From: a bacterium | Lineage (GTDB): Bacteria; Bacillota; Clostridia; Lachnospirales; Lachnospiraceae | Assembly: GCA_030539165.1 (NCBI GenBank) | Contig: JAUNSO010000006.1 | Span: forward strand, 40,242 to 104,241 | Length of the DNA stretch: 64,000 bases | Reading direction: 5' to 3' | Shown here: one piece after another, positions 37,568 through 47,770 of the stretch | Numbering within the stretch: position 1 is the first letter of the stretch | Layout of the letters: every line of letters begins with the position of its first letter | Notes under the pieces: generated by a model | What the model was told of the DNA's origin: nothing | Databases searched by the model: none | The model's input: only the letters and a program-made list of their open reading frames with translations | Translations under genes and position numbers: made by a program

Positions 37568-40510
37568 ATGGCTCGATATGTGAGAAAACTGATAGCCGCT
37601 CTCTTGATGGTAACGGCACTGATCGTCACACAGATCCCGGCAGTGAATGTAGATGCTGCCAGGGTAGATGTCGGTGACTATACCATGGACGGCGATACAC
37701 TTGTAAAATATAATGGGACCGAAACATCTGTGACGGTCCCTAATTCTGTGCGTACCATCGGACACGAGGCCTTTTCCGGCAATACCACGATGACAGAGGT
37801 CGTGATACCGGACAATGTGACGAATGTAGATTTTTCTTCCTTTGAAAACTGCAAGAATTTGCAGAAGGTAACGATGGGGAGCAATGTGAAGTCCATCGGC
37901 GCAGCTGCATTTTCCGGCTGTACCAGTCTGAAATCCATATCTATACCGGCTAAGACGGCAGAGATTGGAGCAGGTGCCTTTGCCAAGTGTTCCTCTCTAT
38001 CAAATATCCCTGTAGATTATCAAAATCAAAACTATATATGTGAGTCCGGAGTTCTGTATACTCAGGATCAGACACAGATCATACAGTATCTGGCAGGAAA
38101 GCCGTCAACCTCTTATACCATGCCAGATACCGTAGAGAAAATCGGTGCATATGCCTTTTGGGGTGCTGAGCAGCTGACAGGTGTCACGATTTCATCTGGA
38201 GTGAAGGACATCCCGGAATATGCATTTGATAATTGTAATGGCTTGTCTACTGTTACAATTCCGGGTTCAGTGGAGTCGCTGCAGGCATATTCGTTTGGCG
38301 ACTGTGTGAATCTGTCCAAGATCTATATTCCGAAATCAGTGGGCTTTATAGATGATCTTGCATTTGCCTGCAGCAACAATGTAAATATCCAGTTTACAGA
38401 TGGCAACGGCAGTCCGGATGGGCAGCCTGTACAGACAGTCAGTGGCAATGCGGCGGGAACGGGTACAGTCAGTGGGAATACTGCCGATAAAACGCAGACG
38501 GATAACAGTGATCCCTATTCTCTTTATGATACAGTTGATTTTAGTGAAAATGTCATGCCAGGCGAGCTCGGTTCAGGTAAGATCGTAGGAGGCAGTGTCG
38601 TTGTCATGATGTCATCTGATCAGGCAGTCAGAGGAGCCAATATGGGTCTGGCAGAATCAGAGGATGGAATTGCAGGCAGCGGTAGTCATGGCACATACAG
38701 TGCCGGAGACTATGAGATCTTAGCCGGAACACTGGCAGAGTATCTGGGAAGTGAAAATGATGTAGCACTTCCGGTCAATGTCAGCAGGATCGGAGAGAGA
38801 GCTTTCTATAAAAATGAGAATCTGAATACGGTTACGATGCCGTCCAGAGTGACCTCCATAGGTGACTTTGCATTTGCACGCTCAGGTCTCAGTTCTGTGA
38901 ATATACCGGAGGGCGTGACAGACATCGGCTATGCAGCATTTTATCACTGCAACAACCTGTCAGACGTAACGATACCATCAACAGTGAGCCATATAGATCT
39001 GGGTGCTTTTGAGGGAACTCCATGGCTCAATCAGTGGAAGAGTAATGGCGGCGATGGAAATGATTTTCTGATCGTTGGCGATGGGATATTACTTGCTTAC
39101 AGGGGAGCAGGCGGAGATGTAGTGATTCCTGACGGCGTGAAGACAATCGGAGCGGAGTGCTTTAAAGGAAACGGCGCAGTCTCACAGCTTACGATACCGG
39201 AAGGTGTGACAACAATCGGAGAGGATGCATGTAATGGGTGCAGTATGTTGTATTCTGTAAATCTGCCTCAGAGTCTTATCAAGCTGGAAGACAGAGCATT
39301 TGCAGACTGTCCGTTCCAACAGGTCAGTATCCCGCAGGGAGTACAGGAGATCGGACTGGGAGCATTTGATGCGACAGCAATCGGTTCTCCGATGCAGACG
39401 ATTATCCTGGAGGGCAGCACTCTGCCCAATGTGACCTATAACACGACAGCAACCAGATTATCAGGTGCAAACCTGAGAAAACTGGCATTAGAGGGGATTG
39501 GAAAGGTGATTCTGCGTCAGGATGCAGAAATCACATCCGGATCAGTGCTGGATCCAAACTATTATGGTTTCCGTGGACTGGTCTACAAGATGACAGGCGA
39601 GCCTACGGATACGGCTGCAGGCACTCTGGAACTGCAGAGCTGTACGATATTACCGAATGCATCAACAGGGCAGGTGTCCATCGATCCGCATGCGACAGTA
39701 GATGGAAAAGAATATATCATGACGGGAGTCAAGGCATCCGCATTTGACCCGTATCATACAGTAGAGACCTGGAGCGGACGCAGGCTGACAGGTATACAGA
39801 TACAGGGCAATGCTTCTGATTCCCTGAAAAATCTGATCTCACAGATTACGTTTTCTGATGCAGGAGGAGCTGTGAATGCAGCGCGTACTGCGGCGGATTC
39901 GATTTTTGTATATTCCACGAAGGCGGGTATGGAGGATACGAGTAAGATATCAGCTGTAATCCCGGATAGCACGGATTCCTATATGCTGATGATCTCAGAT
40001 GGTGAGGATACAGCTGCCAGAGTCAGTCAGGCTCTTTCTGCACAGTATTCTGCGATAGGCGGCATCACATCCTATCCGATGGAGATGCAGCTGTATGACG
40101 CGCTGGCCATGGTACCGATCACAAAGTTAGCGACTGATAAGATGGAGATCTGCATGCCGATACCTGCTTTATTTACCGGAACAGACGGACTGGAGGTAGG
40201 TGCAGTCAATGCAAACGGTACACTGGATCGTCTGGCCTCGGAAATCACGGATGTAGGCGGAACGCCATGCATCAGATTTGTAGCAAGTCATTTTTCACCC
40301 TATGTGATCTACCGACTGCCCGATACAGCAGCAGGAGGAACAGCCAGTATCTCAAAAAGTGTATCAACAGCGGCAGGCGGTCCGGCCCAGTATGTGGTCA
40401 GTACACTGACAAAGGGGACAGGCAGGATACAGCCGAAATGGTATATTGCAGGCATACTTGCCCTGCTTTCGATCTTATTGTTCTGTTTTAAGCGCAAGAA
40501 AAGAAGTTGA
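37568..40510 (+). CDS. 980-aa cell-surface BspA-type LRR protein with the same C-terminal module and anchor tail as the upstream gene
   Basis: Signal peptide, many LRR_5-type units, C-terminal module (STDSY..QAL..LYD..MPIP..SPYVIY). Tail LTKGTGRIQPKWYIAGILALLSILLFCFKRKKRS. Confidence 0.85.
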   Translation: MARYVRKLIAALLMVTALIVTQIPAVNVDAARVDVGDYTMDGDTLVKYNGTETSVTVPNSVRTIGHEAFSGNTTMTEVVIPDNVTNVDFSSFENCKNLQKVTMGSNVKSIGAAAFSGCTSLKSISIPAKTAEIGAGAFAKCSSLSNIPVDYQNQNYICESGVLYTQDQTQIIQYLAGKPSTSYTMPDTVEKIGAYAFWGAEQLTGVTISSGVKDIPEYAFDNCNGLSTVTIPGSVESLQAYSFGDCVNLSKIYIPKSVGFIDDLAFACSNNVNIQFTDGNGSPDGQPVQTVSGNAAGTGTVSGNTADKTQTDNSDPYSLYDTVDFSENVMPGELGSGKIVGGSVVVMMSSDQAVRGANMGLAESEDGIAGSGSHGTYSAGDYEILAGTLAEYLGSENDVALPVNVSRIGERAFYKNENLNTVTMPSRVTSIGDFAFARSGLSSVNIPEGVTDIGYAAFYHCNNLSDVTIPSTVSHIDLGAFEGTPWLNQWKSNGGDGNDFLIVGDGILLAYRGAGGDVVIPDGVKTIGAECFKGNGAVSQLTIPEGVTTIGEDACNGCSMLYSVNLPQSLIKLEDRAFADCPFQQVSIPQGVQEIGLGAFDATAIGSPMQTIILEGSTLPNVTYNTTATRLSGANLRKLALEGIGKVILRQDAEITSGSVLDPNYYGFRGLVYKMTGEPTDTAAGTLELQSCTILPNASTGQVSIDPHATVDGKEYIMTGVKASAFDPYHTVETWSGRRLTGIQIQGNASDSLKNLISQITFSDAGGAVNAARTAADSIFVYSTKAGMEDTSKISAVIPDSTDSYMLMISDGEDTAARVSQALSAQYSAIGGITSYPMEMQLYDALAMVPITKLATDKMEICMPIPALFTGTDGLEVGAVNANGTLDRLASEITDVGGTPCIRFVASHFSPYVIYRLPDTAAGGTASISKSVSTAAGGPAQYVVSTLTKGTGRIQPKWYIAGILALLSILLFCFKRKKRS

Positions 40511-40534
40511 TTTTTTCGCAAACACTAGTATAAT
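40507..40534 (+). promoter_or_regulatory. Possible promoter for the citrate-synthase-like/icd pair
   Basis: TTGATT (40507-40512), 16-nt spacer, TATAAT (40529-40534). Confidence 0.4.
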
Positions 40535-40584
40535 GAAATAGATTGTACCAGTGTTTTGCTTTTTAAGCAGGAAGGAGCGGTTTT

Positions 40585-41988
40585 ATGGCTATGATGAATA
40601 AAGAAAACAGAGCAGTACAGATGAACGAGCATAATAATCTTCTGGAGCTGGAGGAACCGATGTATACACTGGCGGATGTAGAGACTCCGAATGTATTCCG
40701 TAATCTGTTTCCTTATGATGAAGTACCGAAGATTGCATTTAATGACAGGATTGTACCGCACAATATGCCAAAGGAGATCTGGATCACAGATACGACCTTT
40801 CGGGATGGACAGCAGTCAAGAGCTCCGTATTCGACACAGCAGATCGTGACTTTATATGATTATATGCATCAGCTGGGCGGACCGAATGGTATGATCCGGG
40901 CATGTGAGTTCTTTCTATACAGTAAAAAGGACAGAGATGCAGTGTATAAATGTATGGAGCGCGGCTATCGTTTTCCTGAGATTACGAGCTGGATCCGGGC
41001 AAGCAAGGAAGATTTCAAGCTGGTAAAGGAAATCGGCATGAAAGAGACAGGAATCTTAGTCAGCTGCTCCGATTATCATATATTCTATAAACTGAAAATG
41101 AACCGCAGACAGGCGATGGATCATTATCTCAGTATCGTCAGGGATTGTCTGGAGGAGGGTATCAGCCCAAGATGTCATTTGGAAGATATCACAAGAGCAG
41201 ATATTTATGGATATGTGATTCCGTTTTGTCTGGAGCTGATGAGACTGATGGATGAGTACAAGATTCCGATCAAGGTACGTGCATGTGATACGATGGGATA
41301 TGGTGTGAATTATCCGGGTGCAGTGATTCCGCGTTCCGTACAGGGTATTATCTATGGTCTGCATAAGCACGCAGGTGTTCCGGCTCATCTGATGGAGTGG
41401 CATGGACACAATGATTTCTATAAAGCAGTCGCAAACTCCACAACAGCATGGCTCTATGGCTGTGCAGGTGTGAATACATCTCTGTTCGGTATCGGTGAGA
41501 GAACAGGAAATACACCTCTTGAGGCAATGGTATTTGAGTATGCCCAGTTAAAGGGTGATCTGAATGGTATGAACACAAGAGTCATCACAGAGATGGCAGA
41601 GTACTATGAGAAAGAAATCGGATACAAGGTGCCGTCCAGAACGCCGTTCGTAGGTGAGAACTTTAATGTGACAAGAGCCGGCATCCATGCTGACGGACTA
41701 CTGAAAAATGAAGAAATCTATAATATATTTGATACAGACAAATTCCTGAACAGACCGGTACTGTGTGCAGTATCCAATACCTCCGGACTGGCAGGCATCG
41801 CTCACTGGATTAATACATACTATAAGCTTCCGGAGGACAGACAGGTAGATAAGAATTCGAAGCTTGTCAAGAGAATCAAGGAAGAGGTAGATGCAGAGTA
41901 TGAGAGCGGCAGAGTCACGGTTATGACCAATAACGAACTGACCAGCATGATCACACAGACCTGCATGGATTTGAAAATTACATTATAA
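40585..41988 (+). CDS. HMGL-like (isopropylmalate/homocitrate synthase family) enzyme, probable Re-face citrate synthase
   Basis: DRE-TIM metallolyase motifs ([18 protein letters not shown]). It lacks the LeuA C-terminal regulatory domain and lies directly upstream of icd. Confidence 0.65.
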   Translation: MAMMNKENRAVQMNEHNNLLELEEPMYTLADVETPNVFRNLFPYDEVPKIAFNDRIVPHNMPKEIWITDTTFRDGQQSRAPYSTQQIVTLYDYMHQLGGPNGMIRACEFFLYSKKDRDAVYKCMERGYRFPEITSWIRASKEDFKLVKEIGMKETGILVSCSDYHIFYKLKMNRRQAMDHYLSIVRDCLEEGISPRCHLEDITRADIYGYVIPFCLELMRLMDEYKIPIKVRACDTMGYGVNYPGAVIPRSVQGIIYGLHKHAGVPAHLMEWHGHNDFYKAVANSTTAWLYGCAGVNTSLFGIGERTGNTPLEAMVFEYAQLKGDLNGMNTRVITEMAEYYEKEIGYKVPSRTPFVGENFNVTRAGIHADGLLKNEEIYNIFDTDKFLNRPVLCAVSNTSGLAGIAHWINTYYKLPEDRQVDKNSKLVKRIKEEVDAEYESGRVTVMTNNELTSMITQTCMDLKITL

Positions 41989-41999
41989 AAGGGGACAAC

Positions 42000-43208
42000 A
42001 TGGAAAAGATAATGATGACGACTCCACTCGTTGAGATGGATGGAGATGAAATGACCAGAATTTTATGGCAGATGATCAAGGATGAGCTGTTACTGCCGTT
42101 CATTGATCTGAAGACAGAGTATTATGATCTGGGACTGGAGCATAGAAACGAGACAGATGATCAGGTGACTGTAGAGTCTGCAGAAGCGACAAAGAAGTAC
42201 GGTGTTGCTGTCAAGTGTGCGACGATCACACCCAATGCTGCCAGAATGGACGAATACCATCTGAAGGAAATGTGGAAGAGCCCGAATGGTACGATCCGTG
42301 CGATACTGGACGGGACCGTATTTCGTACGCCGATTACCGTGAAGGGAATCGAGCCCTGCGTGAAGAACTGGAAGAAACCGATCACACTGGCGAGACATGC
42401 ATATGGAGATGTTTATAAGAATGCCGAAATCAAGGTACCCGGTGCTGGTAAGGCAGAGCTTGTATTTACTGCGGCTGACGGCACTGAAACCCGTGAGCTG
42501 ATTCATAACTTCAAGGGTGCAGGCATCATACAGGGTATGCATAATACAGATGAGTCGATCACCAACTTTGCAAAGTGCTGTTTTAACTATGCACTGGATA
42601 CGAAACAGGATCTTTGGTTTGCAACAAAGGATACGATTTCCAAGAAATATGACCATAACTTCAAGGATATCTTTCAAGAGATCTTTGACCGTGATTATGC
42701 GGAGAAGTTTAAAGAAGCCGGCATTGAGTATTTCTATACTCTGATCGATGATGCAGTCGCAAGAGTCATGAAAGCAGAGGGTGGATTTATCTGGGCATGC
42801 AAGAACTATGACGGTGATGTCATGAGTGATATGGTTTCATCTGCGTTTGGTTCACTGGCGATGATGACATCTGTTTTGGTATCTCCGACAGGGGTCTATG
42901 AGTATGAGGCGGCGCATGGAACTGTACAGCGTCATTATTATAAGCATCTGAAGGGAGAGGAGACCTCTACAAACTCAGTGGCTACGATCTTTGCATGGTC
43001 AGGCGCGCTCAGAAAGCGCGGAGAGTTGGACGGCAACGAGGCTTTGGTCAAGTTTGCAAACAAACTGGAGCGTTCTACTCTGCAGACGATTCAAGAGGGA
43101 AAGATGACAAAGGATCTGGCTCTGATTACGACCATGGATGAGATTGTGACCTTGAATTCACAGGATTTCATCAAGGCAATCCGTAAGACTCTGGAGACCT
43201 ATATCTGA
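42000..43208 (+). CDS. icd: NADP-dependent isocitrate dehydrogenase (dimeric, eukaryote-like subtype)
   Basis: [36 protein letters not shown]. Confidence 0.92.
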   Translation: MEKIMMTTPLVEMDGDEMTRILWQMIKDELLLPFIDLKTEYYDLGLEHRNETDDQVTVESAEATKKYGVAVKCATITPNAARMDEYHLKEMWKSPNGTIRAILDGTVFRTPITVKGIEPCVKNWKKPITLARHAYGDVYKNAEIKVPGAGKAELVFTAADGTETRELIHNFKGAGIIQGMHNTDESITNFAKCCFNYALDTKQDLWFATKDTISKKYDHNFKDIFQEIFDRDYAEKFKEAGIEYFYTLIDDAVARVMKAEGGFIWACKNYDGDVMSDMVSSAFGSLAMMTSVLVSPTGVYEYEAAHGTVQRHYYKHLKGEETSTNSVATIFAWSGALRKRGELDGNEALVKFANKLERSTLQTIQEGKMTKDLALITTMDEIVTLNSQDFIKAIRKTLETYI

Positions 43209-43223
43209 AAGTGAGTATATAGA

Positions 43224-44918
43224 ATGGAACTACTCGTTTATCTTGGCATTATCATAGTAGGTATACTTGTTATATTTGTGAATGGCGCTATCTCAGAAAG
43301 AAAGCGCTATCGCCTTTTTTTGTGGTCATTAGATGAGAAGTACGGCAAGTTTCCTGACCGGAAGTATGAAGACGGAGATATGACGAAGGCGGCAGCATAC
43401 TACAGGAGCCAGCCTGTACAGGAGTCTGAGATTGATGATATTACCTGGAATGATCTGGACATGGACAGGATCTATCAGAGGATAAACTCGACATTTACCT
43501 CTGCAGGCGAGGAATATCTCTATTATCTGCTGAGAATGCCTTTACTGGATCAAAACGAACTGGAAAAACGGGATCAGCTGATCAGATTTACCATGGAAAA
43601 TGCTGAAAAGCGAAAGACATTGCAGAAGATCCTGTATGGTGTCGGGAAGGTGCAGAGAATCTCTTTGACAGAATATTTGATTTTGTTAGGCGATGTAGAC
43701 AGAGAAAGCAATTTCAAGCATTATCTGATGGATGCTTTGATTGTGATTACATTTTGCCTGATCTTTGTATCACCGGGCTGGGGAGCACTGGCATTCATGA
43801 TTTCTCTGGCATATTCGATCATCTGGTATTACAGAAGAAGAGGCTCCATATCACCATATATTACGACATTTAATTACATCATCAAGATGCTGGGCGCAGT
43901 CAATACCGTAAATGGTCTGAACTATGAGGAACTGAAGCCATACTGTGAGCAGACCAGCCAGACAAGAGAAACCTTTAAGAATTTTAAGAGAAATTCATTT
44001 CTGATCGCAGCAGGCGTCAGGATGTCTGATAATATTATAGACCTGATGCTCGATTATCTGCGCATGATTTTTCATCTGGATATTATAAAGTTTAATTCCA
44101 TGTTGAAGCAGCTGCAGGATCATTATGACCAGATCTATATTCTGAGAGATGTCATCGGACTACTGGACAGTGCCATAGCAGTCGGTTCTTATCGTGAGGC
44201 ACTGACATATTATTCAAAGCCGGATTTTGTGGAGTGGGATGAACACTCAGAAAATAAGGTATATCTGTCCGCAGAGGATGTATATCATCCGTTAATTGAT
44301 GAACCCGTGGTTAACTCCATTACAGAGGAACGGGGTGTACTGCTGACGGGCTCGAACGCATCCGGTAAATCAACATTTTTAAAGACGATAGCGATTAATG
44401 CGATTTTGTCACAGACGATTGATACTGCACTTGCAAAGACCTATAAGGCGAATATGTTCTATATTTATTCCTCGATGGCACTGAGGGACGATATCATGAG
44501 CAGTGAAAGCTATTTTATTGTAGAGATCAAGTCCCTGAAACGCATCCTGGATGCCGGAAGGACACAGGGGCCGGTATTATGCTTTATTGATGAGGTACTA
44601 CGCGGCACAAATACCGTTGAGAGAATCGCTGCATCTGCAAAAATCATGGAAAGTCTGGCGAAGGATCATATACTGTGCTTTGCGGCTACGCATGATATTG
44701 AACTGACACAGCTGTTGGAGCAGCAGTACAGCAATTATCATTTTCAGGAGGAAATCGAGGAAAATGATATTCATTTTAACTATCAGCTGTTTCAGGGCAG
44801 GGCAACCACCAGAAATGCGATTAAGCTGTTAAGTGTCATCGGGTATGACAGTGAGATTATAGAAGCCGCCGAAAGGGTTGCAGAGAACTTTGTCCATACG
44901 GGCAATTGGAAGATGTGA
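43224..44918 (+). CDS. Membrane-anchored MutS-family (domain V ATPase) protein lacking the mismatch-recognition domain
   Basis: Hydrophobic helices at the N-terminus and near residues 170-200. MutS ATPase motifs GSNASGKSTFLK, FIDEVLRGTNTVER and ATHD. Confidence 0.75.
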   Translation: MELLVYLGIIIVGILVIFVNGAISERKRYRLFLWSLDEKYGKFPDRKYEDGDMTKAAAYYRSQPVQESEIDDITWNDLDMDRIYQRINSTFTSAGEEYLYYLLRMPLLDQNELEKRDQLIRFTMENAEKRKTLQKILYGVGKVQRISLTEYLILLGDVDRESNFKHYLMDALIVITFCLIFVSPGWGALAFMISLAYSIIWYYRRRGSISPYITTFNYIIKMLGAVNTVNGLNYEELKPYCEQTSQTRETFKNFKRNSFLIAAGVRMSDNIIDLMLDYLRMIFHLDIIKFNSMLKQLQDHYDQIYILRDVIGLLDSAIAVGSYREALTYYSKPDFVEWDEHSENKVYLSAEDVYHPLIDEPVVNSITEERGVLLTGSNASGKSTFLKTIAINAILSQTIDTALAKTYKANMFYIYSSMALRDDIMSSESYFIVEIKSLKRILDAGRTQGPVLCFIDEVLRGTNTVERIAASAKIMESLAKDHILCFAATHDIELTQLLEQQYSNYHFQEEIEENDIHFNYQLFQGRATTRNAIKLLSVIGYDSEIIEAAERVAENFVHTGNWKM

Positions 44919-45011
44919 GGCAGATCAGGACTGGTGATATCCTACTTGACGATATTACAGCAGAAATGATATGATATTTTTCTAGGAATAAACCTGCTAA
45001 GGAGGAGCAAA

Positions 45012-45206
45012 ATGATTTTATTTTTTAATCAGTTTATCAGTTATTTATTGATTGTATTGGTGAGCATGGGCATTATCGTCCTTGCAGTTTTTCTTGGTAA
45101 ACAATGGAGAGATGCCAAGGACAGAAAGGATGCCGGTAAGCTGGATGCTCAGATTGCTGACCATATGAGTATGCAGGAGAATGAACAGCAGGCGGAGGAA
45201 GTATAA
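45012..45206 (+). CDS. 64-aa single-pass membrane protein
   Basis: AAGGAGGAG lies upstream of the ATG, and there is one TM helix. Its stop overlaps the thrC start (TAATG). Confidence 0.5.
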   Translation: MILFFNQFISYLLIVLVSMGIIVLAVFLGKQWRDAKDRKDAGKLDAQIADHMSMQENEQQAEEV

Positions 45207-46696
45207 TGGATTTATTATATAGAAGCACAAGAGGCGAGAAACAGCAGGTGACAGCATCACAGGCGATTATCAAGGGACTGGCGGACGACGGAGGTCTATA
45301 TGTGCCGTTGTCATTACCAAAGCTGTCTGTAGAGCCGGAGGCACTGGTCGGACTGCCGTATCAGGAAGTGGCCTATCTGGTTATGAAGGAGTTTCTGACT
45401 GATTTTACAGAGGCAGAACTCAGAGCATGTATCAAAAGAGCATATGATGATAAATTTGATGATCAGGCGATTGCGCCGCTTGTGAAAAGAGATGGACAGT
45501 ATTTTCTGGAACTGTTTCACGGGGCAACTATTGCGTTTAAAGATATGGCACTTTCTATTTTGCCGCATTTACTGACCACTTCTTTAAAGAAAAATCATGT
45601 GGACAAAGAAATCGTGATTTTGACAGCGACATCAGGGGATACAGGAAAGGCAGCACTGGCAGGATTTGCAGATGTACCCGGAACCAGCATCATTGTATTC
45701 TATCCAAAGGGTGGAGTCAGCCCGATTCAGGAAAAACAGATGCTGACACAGAAGGGTCAAAATACGACAGTCATAGGTGTCGAAGGTAACTTTGATGATT
45801 GCCAGACCGGCGTCAAGAAGATGTTTGCTGATGTGAAGCTGAAGGAGGATCTGGCAGCACATGGATATCAGTTCTCCTCTGCCAACTCTATCAATATAGG
45901 AAGACTGGTACCGCAGGTGGCCTATTATGCATACGCATATGCATGTATGCGTGCGCAGGGCGAACTGAAGTCCGGTCAGAAAATGAATGTAGTCGTTCCG
46001 ACAGGCAACTTTGGAAATATTCTGGCAGCCTATTATGCAAAACAGATGGGGATTCCCATTGACCAGCTGATCTGTGCATCGAATGAGAATAGAGTATTGT
46101 TTGATTTCTTTCAGAGTGGATGCTATGACAGAAACAGAGACTTTATCCTGACAAGTTCTCCGTCTATGGATATTCTGATTTCCAGCAATCTGGAGAGACT
46201 GATTTATCTGATCGCAGGAGAGAGTACGGAAAAGAATGCTGCCATGATGGCAGAGCTGCAGACAAAGGGTTCTTATACAATCACAGCTAAGATGAAAGAG
46301 AAGCTGGCTGATTTCTGTGGTATCTACGCGGATGAATCAGAGGTCTTTGGTGTGATCAGAGAGATACAGGAAAGATCGGGATATGTGATCGATACGCACA
46401 CAGCGGTTGCAGCGGCCGCCTTAAAGAAATATTGTGACAATACCGCAGATCAGAATCCATGCGTGATCATATCAACAGCAAGTCCCTATAAATTTGCCAG
46501 AAGTGTTATGAATGCGATTGATTCTAAGTATGATGCGTTAGAGGATTTTGCATTGATTGATGAGCTGAGCAGACTATCAGGTGTCAAGGTTCCAAAGGCT
46601 ATAGAGGAAATCAGAACCGCACCGATCCTGCATCATACCGTATGTGCAAAAGAAATGATGGAAGACAGCGTCAGAAATGTATTAAGCATATCATGA
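45206..46696 (+). CDS. thrC: Threonine synthase (long form)
   Basis: PLP-lysine context GATIAFKDMAL, TATSGDTGKA, VPTGNFGN. Confidence 0.92.
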   Translation: MDLLYRSTRGEKQQVTASQAIIKGLADDGGLYVPLSLPKLSVEPEALVGLPYQEVAYLVMKEFLTDFTEAELRACIKRAYDDKFDDQAIAPLVKRDGQYFLELFHGATIAFKDMALSILPHLLTTSLKKNHVDKEIVILTATSGDTGKAALAGFADVPGTSIIVFYPKGGVSPIQEKQMLTQKGQNTTVIGVEGNFDDCQTGVKKMFADVKLKEDLAAHGYQFSSANSINIGRLVPQVAYYAYAYACMRAQGELKSGQKMNVVVPTGNFGNILAAYYAKQMGIPIDQLICASNENRVLFDFFQSGCYDRNRDFILTSSPSMDILISSNLERLIYLIAGESTEKNAAMMAELQTKGSYTITAKMKEKLADFCGIYADESEVFGVIREIQERSGYVIDTHTAVAAAALKKYCDNTADQNPCVIISTASPYKFARSVMNAIDSKYDALEDFALIDELSRLSGVKVPKAIEEIRTAPILHHTVCAKEMMEDSVRNVLSIS

Positions 46697-46708
46697 TGAT
46701 ATACAAAA

Positions 46709-46746
46709 TAAAAACTCCCGCCCAAATCAAAGGGCGGGAGTTTTTA
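46709..46746. terminator. Bidirectional intrinsic terminator (thrC + / CheX-like gene -)
   Basis: ACTCCCGCCC (46714-46723) pairs with GGGCGGGAGT (46732-46741), flanked by an A-run and a T-run. Confidence 0.85.
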
Positions 46747-46752
46747 TTTGGA

Positions 46753-47256
46753 TCAATCTAATTCAACTAAGTAAAACAGTAATTCACCAAATGTGAAACG
46801 AACAGGAATCGTGGCAACATTGCCAAGAGCCAGCTCAAAATCCACATCTTCATGAATCGGTGGTTCCAGACTCAGTTCTATGGCATCTTCCTTGGACAGA
46901 TCTACTACGAACAACCCATTGTGCAGATTCATAAAATCAACAATCGCGTCCTTTGCAACTGCATCATATTGCGTGATTTCAACGTGGGAATACTTCTCAG
47001 CAAATCGAATCAGTACCTCTACATCACCGTCAATACCGGTAAACGCAGAAGGAATACCGATGATTTTCTGCATCAGCTCATGTCCGGCAGCATAGGAGTG
47101 CGTGATATTGATCTGACCGAGCTTGATATCGGGCTCTACAAAAAGAGAAAGATCATGTAACAGTTTGACGATATATTTGAGAAAAAAATCTGAAGGATTT
47201 GTATCTGCTAGCTGTGGATTATTAGGTATCTGGCTTAGATATTCTTCTTTGACCAT
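46753..47256 (-). CDS. CheX/CheC-like phosphatase-fold protein (tentative)
   Basis: 167 aa, immediately downstream of a single-domain CheY-like gene. The pattern DAVAKDAIVDFMNLHNGLF...LSLEPP resembles the CheX family, but the match is weak. Confidence 0.4.
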   Translation of the reverse strand: MVKEEYLSQIPNNPQLADTNPSDFFLKYIVKLLHDLSLFVEPDIKLGQINITHSYAAGHELMQKIIGIPSAFTGIDGDVEVLIRFAEKYSHVEITQYDAVAKDAIVDFMNLHNGLFVVDLSKEDAIELSLEPPIHEDVDFELALGNVATIPVRFTFGELLFYLVELD

Positions 47257-47260
47257 AACA

Positions 47261-47635
47261 TCAGTCTCCTATACAGTGGTTGAGAATCTGCTTTAACTGT
47301 TCCGGATCCACAGGCTTCTGGATAAAATCCTTCGCCCCGGATTTGATGGCTTCCTTCAGATGCGTCTGTGTGCCGACAGAGGAAACCATGATGATACATG
47401 CCTTGGAGTCAAACTGGATGATCTCCTTAACAGCAGTAATACCATCCTTGACAGGCATGACAATGTCGAGAAATACGATATCAGGTTTCAGTATTTTGTA
47501 TGTATCAATGACTGTCTGTCCGTCAGCGACTTCGACAATATCCTCATAATTAAAACTGTTCAGTATTTCTTTCAGGCTTTTCCGGGCCAGAATGGAATCG
47601 TCACATATCAGAATTTTTGTTTCATTATCAGCCAT
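47261..47635 (-). CDS. Single-domain CheY-like response regulator
   Basis: ILICDDS, phospho-acceptor VFLDIVMP, VSSVG and KPV motifs. 124 aa. Confidence 0.88.
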   Translation of the reverse strand: MADNETKILICDDSILARKSLKEILNSFNYEDIVEVADGQTVIDTYKILKPDIVFLDIVMPVKDGITAVKEIIQFDSKACIIMVSSVGTQTHLKEAIKSGAKDFIQKPVDPEQLKQILNHCIGD

Positions 47636-47770
47636 ACTACCATCCTCTCATAAGTAAATATTCTGATTCGCAAAGATTAAATACGAATTATATATATTTT
47701 ACAATAAGATAGAATATTTTTCAATATTTATCAGCATTTTGACTAATTTTTTGATGAATTAAAACCAATA

